DNA from: an uncultured Deinococcales bacterium
GTDB lineage: Bacteria > Deinococcota > Deinococci > Deinococcales > JAAFIG01
Direction: 5' to 3'
DNA: 12,368 nt
NCBI GenBank assembly: GCA_964244895.1
Contig: CAXTKV010000014.1
Coordinates: forward strand, 30,519-42,886
Both the position numbers and the translations under genes were made by a program. Of the stretch, positions 6,797-12,368 are shown one piece after another. The number at the start of each line of letters is the position of its first letter. Within the stretch, counting starts at the first letter, position 1. The notes below the pieces were generated by a model. That model saw nothing but the letters and a program-made list of their open reading frames with translations. It had not been told where the DNA came from and did no database searches.

Positions 6797-8023
6797 ATGC
6801 AAAAAACACTATCAGACACAAAAACGCACCGGGTGGGGTTGATCGCGAGCCTCGGGGTCGACGTGCGCCAACTGCAAATGGTCGGCGTACTCGCCTTGGT
6901 CTGGATTATTTTTCACATCATCACTGTGGCCTTGAAACAGCCTGGCACGTTTTTGAGCGCTCAAAACTTGTACAACCTGGTGGTTCAAACCGCCGTCGTC
7001 GGCATCATGGTCGGTGGCATGGTGCTGGTGATCGTCATGCGCCAGATCGATTTGAGCGTCGGTAGCGTGTTGGGCTTCACGGCCATGACGATGGCCTTGA
7101 TCCAAGCCCCTCCGCCGCTCGGCGCTGGATGGTACTTTTTGATCGCGCTCGTTTTGGGTCTGGCCGTGGGCGTCGCGATTGGCGCATTCAACGGCTATCT
7201 GGTGGCGTACTGGAGCGTGCCATCGTTCGTGGTGACGCTGGCAGGATTGCTGATCTTTCGCAATGCGGCATTCGTGGCCAGCAGCCGCACGATCAGCAAT
7301 TTAGCGCCGGAATTCGTATGGCTGGGTCAGGGTTCCATCGGCGTGATTCCGACCTGGATCGTCGGTCTGCTCGCCATCGCCGGAATCGTTTATCAGGCGA
7401 TCCAGAGCCGTCAACGCAGCGCGAAAAATAATTTTGCGGCCCGTCCAATATGGGCCGAGTACCTGGTCAACGGGGTATTGATTGCGCTCATCCTGGCATT
7501 CGTGCTGGTCATGAATTCTTACGTGCCCTTTGAAGGCGCACCGCCCGCCGGAATTCCCGTGCCGGTGATCATCATGCTGATCGTGCTGTTGTACCTGGCC
7601 TGGATGACCCGCTCCACGCGTTTTGGACGCTACATTTACGCCATCGGTGGTAACCCGGAAGCCGCACTTCTGGCGGGCATCAGCGTCAAGAAAATGACGA
7701 TCTACGTCTTTGCGCTGATGGGTTTCTTGACAGCCTTGGCGGCCATCGTTCAATCCGCGCGCCTGGCATCTGCCACCACCAATTTAGGCAAAGACCTGGA
7801 ACTGTCCGTGATCGCCGCCAGCGTCATCGGAGGCACGGTGCTGGCTGGCGGTAACGGGACAATCATCGGGGCTGCCCTGGGCGCGTTGTTCATGGAAAGC
7901 CTTCGCAACGGTCTGGTGCTGTTGAACGTGCCGACGGAATGGCAGAACATCGTGATCGGCGCGGTGCTGTTGGCTGCGGTGATCTGGAACACGGCCTACG
8001 CCAAATCCAGGAGGCTTTCGTGA
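6797..8023 (+). CDS. xylH: Sugar (xylose) ABC transporter permease
   Basis: GAGGGAG RBS, many TM helices, and BPD_transp_2 motifs [61 protein letters not shown]. Confidence 0.9.
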   Translation: MQKTLSDTKTHRVGLIASLGVDVRQLQMVGVLALVWIIFHIITVALKQPGTFLSAQNLYNLVVQTAVVGIMVGGMVLVIVMRQIDLSVGSVLGFTAMTMALIQAPPPLGAGWYFLIALVLGLAVGVAIGAFNGYLVAYWSVPSFVVTLAGLLIFRNAAFVASSRTISNLAPEFVWLGQGSIGVIPTWIVGLLAIAGIVYQAIQSRQRSAKNNFAARPIWAEYLVNGVLIALILAFVLVMNSYVPFEGAPPAGIPVPVIIMLIVLLYLAWMTRSTRFGRYIYAIGGNPEAALLAGISVKKMTIYVFALMGFLTALAAIVQSARLASATTNLGKDLELSVIAASVIGGTVLAGGNGTIIGAALGALFMESLRNGLVLLNVPTEWQNIVIGAVLLAAVIWNTAYAKSRRLS

Positions 8024-8778
8024 ACACGAGCGCAGCACCGCTGGTCGAGATGAAGAACATTTCTTTGAGCTTCGGCGGCAATCAGGCGCTGAATGACGTG
8101 TCCATCAACCTCTTTCCCGGCGAGGTGGTGGGCTTGCTGGGTCACAACGGCGCGGGTAAGAGCACGCTGATCAAGGTGCTTTCCGGCGCGTACAAGGCGG
8201 ATTCCGGGCAGATTCTGGTCAACGGCCAGGAAGTCAAGATCAACAACCCGCAAGATTCGCAAAAATTTGGCATCGAGACGATCTACCAGAGCCTGGCTCT
8301 GGCGGACAACTTGGACGCCGTAGCGAACGTTTTCCTGGGCCGCGAAAAAGTCAACGGTGTCGTACTGGACGAGGACACGATGGAGCTCGAGGCCAGAAAA
8401 ACGCTGGACAGGCTGCGCGTCAAGATTCCGAGCTTGCGCGTGCCGGTGGCCAACATGTCGGGCGGTCAACGCCAGACGGTCGCCATCGGGCGAGCCGTGT
8501 ACTTCAAGGCCAAAGTCCTGATCATGGACGAACCGACCGCCGCGCTCGGGCCGGAAGAGACCAAGAAGGTCGGCGAGTTGATCAAAGCGCTCAAGGCCGA
8601 GGGCGTCGGCATCTTCTTGATTTCTCACGACCTGCACGACGTGGCGGATCTGTCGGATCGGTTGACGGTCATGAAAAACGGCAAGGTCGTCGGCACGGTC
8701 AACACCAAGGACGTGAGTGAAGATGACGTGCTGGGCATGATCATTGCGGGAACCACGCCGAAGCACCTGGCGGTGTAA
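8020..8778 (+). CDS. xylG: Sugar ABC transporter ATP-binding protein (single ABC domain)
   Basis: The GTG start overlaps the xylH stop (GTGA), with AGGAGG at 8009-8014. Walker A GHNGAGKS, signature MSGGQRQ, Walker B LIMDEP and H-loop SHD are present. At 252 aa it is a single NBD, not the tandem E. coli XylG type. Confidence 0.88.
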   Translation: MNTSAAPLVEMKNISLSFGGNQALNDVSINLFPGEVVGLLGHNGAGKSTLIKVLSGAYKADSGQILVNGQEVKINNPQDSQKFGIETIYQSLALADNLDAVANVFLGREKVNGVVLDEDTMELEARKTLDRLRVKIPSLRVPVANMSGGQRQTVAIGRAVYFKAKVLIMDEPTAALGPEETKKVGELIKALKAEGVGIFLISHDLHDVADLSDRLTVMKNGKVVGTVNTKDVSEDDVLGMIIAGTTPKHLAV

Positions 8779-8790
8779 CTGTGCTGATTC

Positions 8791-8828
8791 AGCGAAGAAC
8801 ACCGTCCTGCACGGTGTTTCTTGCTTTT
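8791..8828. repeat. Full palindromic REP-like copy that may double as a terminator after xylG
   Basis: AAGAACACCGT-CCTGC-ACGGTGTTTCTT (8795-8822), flanked by AGC/GCT and followed by TTTT. Confidence 0.8.
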
Positions 8829-8871
8829 CATGTCGAAATCTTGGCGGAGCCAGGTTTTGACTGTTTGCGCG

Positions 8872-8892
8872 GCGTCCAGGACGGTGTTCTCG
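8872..8892. repeat. REP-like half copy
   Basis: GCGTCCAGGACGGTGTTCTCG is 21/21 identical to 83-103 and inverted relative to the left arm at 8796-8813. Confidence 0.85.
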
Positions 8893-8914
8893 TGGGATGG
8901 TTTGAGGTGAAACC

Positions 8915-10255
8915 ATGAATGTGCGATTTGAGAAGCTCGAGCTGCCCCAAATTGATGCGCCGGGTGACGCACCGGAACTCGAGCCGCAGATCTTTGCAGC
9001 CCGATTCGATCAGCTCGAGCGCGCCCGAGAGGCTGCGGGGCTGGACGCGATCGTGATCTACGCCGACCGGGAACACGCGGCCAACATGATGTGGCTGACG
9101 GGCTTCTCGCCGAGATTCGAGGAAGCGTTGTGGGTGCAAGTTGCCGGTCGCACACCCACGCTCTTGTTGGGCAACGAAAACCTGGGCTTCGCGCCGGGGG
9201 CAGTCAAGCTCAAAACGGAGTTCGCGCTGTACCAGCCGTTCAGTCTGGCGGATCAACCCAGAGACCGGGTCGTGAGGCTCGAGACGCTGCTCAAAAACGC
9301 GGGATTGCAACGCGAGATGCGCGTCGGTCTGATCGGCTGGAAACCGATGCCGGAACTGGACGCGCCGCACTGGATCGTGCGCGCCGTTCAGGACCGAACG
9401 AACCTGGAGCCGACGAACGCGGCGCACCTACTGATGGACGCGGGGACGGGCTTGCGCACGGTGCTCGAGCCGCAGATGATCCGGTTCGTGGAACACGCCG
9501 CGCGCGTCACCAGCCGCAGCGTGCGCGATCTGGTGTTCGCATTGAAACCCGATCTGCACGAGTGGGAAGCGGCGCAGCATTTCAACTCGCGCGGGCTGGA
9601 ACTGGGTTGTCACCCGATGGTCAACTTTGGGCAATCCATCCCGAGCGGCCTGCGCAGCCCCAGAAATCGCCGCGCCGAACGGGGCGCTTACGCGCAGATG
9701 GCCTTCGCCGTGATCGGTTCGCTGACTTGCCGCGCCGGACGGCTCGTGATGCACGATGACCCGGACAGGGACGGATATCTGGGGATCGTGGCGAATTACC
9801 TGTCGGTCGTGCGCGCCTGGTACGCCAGTTTGCGCGTCGGTGAGACGGGCGGCCAGGTTTTTCAGGCCACACAAAACGCACGCAGCGACGCGTGGGATCT
9901 GGCGCTCAACCCAGGCCATTTGATTCACCTGGACGAGTGGGTCTCGAGCCCGTTCTACCAGGGTTCAAACTTGACGCTGCGATCCGGCGCAGCCATCCAG
10001 CAGGATTTGATTCCCGTGCCGCGCGAGGGGGACGCGGTCGTCAACATGGAGGACGGTCTGGTGCTGGCAAACGCGGAACTCCGGGCAGAACTCGAGCAGC
10101 TCGATCCCGAAATGATGCGGCGCATCGCGGTGCGCCGCATCTGGATGGAACGCCTGGGATACGAACTGCACGATGACGTGCTGCCCGTCTCCGACATGGC
10201 GGGCGCGTTTTTTCCGTTCCTGCTCGAGCCCGGTTACATCGGCGCGTTCGGGTAA
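8915..10255 (+). CDS. M24-fold (aminopeptidase P/creatinase-like) protein with a non-canonical metal site
   Basis: GAGGTG RBS. Creatinase_N-like start (ARFDQL...[23 protein letters not shown]) and pita-bread-like C-terminal motifs [25 protein letters not shown]. Confidence 0.78.
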   Translation: MNVRFEKLELPQIDAPGDAPELEPQIFAARFDQLERAREAAGLDAIVIYADREHAANMMWLTGFSPRFEEALWVQVAGRTPTLLLGNENLGFAPGAVKLKTEFALYQPFSLADQPRDRVVRLETLLKNAGLQREMRVGLIGWKPMPELDAPHWIVRAVQDRTNLEPTNAAHLLMDAGTGLRTVLEPQMIRFVEHAARVTSRSVRDLVFALKPDLHEWEAAQHFNSRGLELGCHPMVNFGQSIPSGLRSPRNRRAERGAYAQMAFAVIGSLTCRAGRLVMHDDPDRDGYLGIVANYLSVVRAWYASLRVGETGGQVFQATQNARSDAWDLALNPGHLIHLDEWVSSPFYQGSNLTLRSGAAIQQDLIPVPREGDAVVNMEDGLVLANAELRAELEQLDPEMMRRIAVRRIWMERLGYELHDDVLPVSDMAGAFFPFLLEPGYIGAFG

Positions 10256-10304
10256 AATCCTGTCCCGACGTTTCTCTCGAGCCCAACCCCAAAAGGTGAT
10301 TGCC

Positions 10305-11642
10305 ATGTTCAAACGCTGGAGCAAGATGGTTCTGAGCCTCATCGCAGCTTCGATCCTGGGGCTGATGATCGCGGCGCGAGCGCAGACGGCGCAACCCTCA
10401 GCGCAAGCGCTCGAGACGCGCACGGTCTTCACCTGGTTTCGAATCGCGCTCGAGTTGACGCGGCACACGGCGACCTACATGCCGCCCGTCGCGGCGCGCA
10501 CCTTCGGTTACATGGGCGTGGCGCTTTATGAAATCACGGCGGCGCAATCCAGCACGCTCAGATCGCTGGCGGGCCAACTGAACGGCTTTTCTGGCGTGCC
10601 GCAACCCACGGCGGGCGCGAAGTACGACAGCGCGACCGTCACCGACGCGGCCCTCTCGAGCCTGGTCAGGAAGCTGTACGCCAACACCGGGCCGTCCGGT
10701 CAGCGCGTGCTGGAGATTACGGCCTCGCGCAGCCTGAAATTGCTCGAGGCGCAAAAACTGCCCGCCGACGTGGTGGATCGAAGCACCCTTTACGGTCAGA
10801 GCGTCGCTGACGCCATCTACGCCTGGTCGCAGACGGACGGCGGCGCGAGCATCACCAACATGGGTTTTCCGCTGACCTGGCCCAAACCCAAAGATGCCTC
10901 AGGCTGGTTGCCGACCACGACCGGTGGCGAGTTTCAGGCTCCGCTCTTGCCCGACTGGGGCAAGAACCGTCCGTTCGCGCTGAAGGCCGGTGACGAGTGC
11001 CCGCCCGCGCCGCACCCGGCGTATTCGGAGAAACCCGACAGCGCTTTTTACGCCGAAGCGCTCGAGGTCTACAAGACCGCCAAAAGCCTGACGCCCGAGC
11101 AGCGCGCCATCGCGCGGTTCTGGTCGGACGACGCGATGCTGTCCTTCACGCCGCCCGGTCACTGGATGGCGATTCTGACGGACGTGCTGGAGCAAAAAAA
11201 CGCGAACCTCGAGACGATTTCAGAAGCTTACGCGCGGCTCGGGATCGCGCTGGCGGACGCCTTCATCGGGTGCTGGAACGCGAAGTACAAGGACAACCTG
11301 CTCAGGCCCGTGACGTACATCCGGCGCGTGATCGACAAGGCGTGGGATCCGTTGCTCTCCACACCGCCCTTCCCAGAATTTCCGAGCGGCCACAGCGCCC
11401 AATCCGGAGCCGCCGCGACCGTGCTGAGCGCGATGTTCGGCGATAACGCGGCCTTCACCGACAGGAGCGCCGAACCGGACGGCCTGAAAGCCCGCAGTTT
11501 CAAGAGTTTCTGGGATGCCGCGCGCGAGGCCGCGATCTCGAGGTTGTACGGCGGGATTCATTTTCGCAGCGCGATTCAGAACGGTCTGGAAGAGGGTCGC
11601 TGCATCGGCGCGAAAGTGAACGCCTTGAAGTTCAAGCGTTAG
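10305..11642 (+). CDS. Secreted vanadium-dependent haloperoxidase / PAP2-superfamily protein
   Basis: AAAAGGTG RBS before ATG 10305 and a signal peptide ending IAARA-Q. All three vanadate/phosphate-binding motifs are present: K-x6-RP (KYKDNLLRP), PSGH (PPFPEFPSGHS) and SR-x5-H (SRLYGGIHF). Also ARFWSD and TPPGHW. Confidence 0.9.
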   Translation: MFKRWSKMVLSLIAASILGLMIAARAQTAQPSAQALETRTVFTWFRIALELTRHTATYMPPVAARTFGYMGVALYEITAAQSSTLRSLAGQLNGFSGVPQPTAGAKYDSATVTDAALSSLVRKLYANTGPSGQRVLEITASRSLKLLEAQKLPADVVDRSTLYGQSVADAIYAWSQTDGGASITNMGFPLTWPKPKDASGWLPTTTGGEFQAPLLPDWGKNRPFALKAGDECPPAPHPAYSEKPDSAFYAEALEVYKTAKSLTPEQRAIARFWSDDAMLSFTPPGHWMAILTDVLEQKNANLETISEAYARLGIALADAFIGCWNAKYKDNLLRPVTYIRRVIDKAWDPLLSTPPFPEFPSGHSAQSGAAATVLSAMFGDNAAFTDRSAEPDGLKARSFKSFWDAAREAAISRLYGGIHFRSAIQNGLEEGRCIGAKVNALKFKR

Positions 11643-11670
11643 GTTTTAGCGATCTCGGGCGCACAGGGGT

Positions 11671-11720
11671 ACCGTCCAGCACGCGTTTTCTCGGGATCGA
11701 GATTCTGCGTGCTGGACGGT
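11671..11720. repeat. REP-like inverted doublet between convergent genes (possible bidirectional terminator)
   Basis: Perfect 14-bp inverted repeat ACCGTCCAGCACGC (11671-11684) / GCGTGCTGGACGGT (11707-11720), with an inner mini-hairpin TCTCG-ggat-CGAGA. Confidence 0.85.
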
Positions 11721-11738
11721 CTTCGCGGTGTCGCAGAC

Positions 11739-12368
11739 TCAGGCGTGATCGAGAATCAGCACTCGGGTCTCGGCGGGGATATCGGCCCGAGTCAACTCGA
11801 TTTCGCTGGCGCAGGCGAAATCCACGCTCGAATCCGCGAAGTACGCCAGGAACGATTCAATCCAGAGCGTGTTGCGCGGCCTGTAGGAGAGCGTGCGAAA
11901 GTGCATCGGCACGACCAGTTTGGGCTCGACGCGGTCGATCACGGTTTTCAGGTCGGTCAATTCCAGCGTCGGGTGGCCGCCGGTCAGCGCCAGCAGCACG
12001 TCCAGTCCCTCGAAGAACCCAAGTTGCGCCTCAGTCAGGGCGTTCCCCACGTCGCCCATGTGCCCGATCTCGAGGCCGTCCACGGTCATGCGGTACATGC
12101 CGTTCTGGTCGGGGTCGTGTTCAATGTGATTCAGGGCTTCCATGGCTTCAATTGCGCGGAAACGGATGCCGCGCTCCAGGCGTTCGCCGCCCGTTCGCGC
12201 CAGCTCGAGCGCGTCGATGGTCAGGTGATCGCCTGGAACCAGCTTTTCGTTGCAGTGAAACGAATCGTTGTCGGAGGACATCACCACGATATCGGCGGGT
12301 TCCGTGAACGGCTTGTAGCCCGACGTGACCGGGTTGTACGGGTCGGTGACGATGCTCACCCCGTCCCG
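11739..12368 (-). CDS. MBL-fold metallo-hydrolase (Lactamase_B_3-like), 5' end outside the window
   Basis: The frame is open to the window edge. Motifs IVTDPY, GHMGDVG and VVPMHF are present. The canonical HxHxDH is replaced by SSDNDSFH. Confidence 0.8.
   Translation of the reverse strand, partial: RDGVSIVTDPYNPVTSGYKPFTEPADIVVMSSDNDSFHCNEKLVPGDHLTIDALELARTGGERLERGIRFRAIEAMEALNHIEHDPDQNGMYRMTVDGLEIGHMGDVGNALTEAQLGFFEGLDVLLALTGGHPTLELTDLKTVIDRVEPKLVVPMHFRTLSYRPRNTLWIESFLAYFADSSVDFACASEIELTRADIPAETRVLILDHA

Noticed and set aside
7939..8019. Longer N-terminus of the ABC ATPase (start 7939)
   Set aside because: It lies inside xylH. GTG 8020 has AGGAGG and a GTGA coupling overlap.
7996..8916. 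306-aa minus-strand ORF and other antisense ORFs over xylF, xylH, xylG, M24 and VHPO
   Set aside because: These are shadow frames of well-supported plus-strand genes.
10173..10304. Longer N-terminus of the haloperoxidase ORF (start 10173)
   Set aside because: It overlaps the M24 gene by about 80 nt. ATG 10305 has an SD and begins a normal signal peptide.

Overview
A GC-rich bacterial window. Leaderless -10 boxes and a compact GGDEF protein hint at Deinococcota, but this is inference only. The core is a divergent D-xylose-type uptake locus: a ROK repressor (xylR-like, - strand) faces a xylF-xylH-xylG ABC transporter (+ strand), with a near-consensus sigma70 promoter and XylR-like operators between them. 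No xylA or xylB lies in the window. Instead the + strand continues into a divergent M24-fold (aminopeptidase-P/creatinase-like) protein and a secreted vanadium-haloperoxidase/PAP2 enzyme. The - strand carries a secreted FG-GAP/ASPIC-UnbV (CRTAC1-like) protein, a membrane GGDEF protein, a small membrane protein and a 5'-truncated MBL-fold hydrolase. Three signals go beyond the gene list. (1) A modular palindromic repeat (GAGAACAC-CGTSCWGSACG-) occupies almost every intergenic region as hairpins and inverted doublets. (2) The palindrome CTCGAG occurs about 43 times, roughly 10-fold above expectation, in all codon phases. (3) The ASPIC-UnbV protein and the haloperoxidase share a near-identical signal-peptide end (LGL[V/M]IAARAQ).
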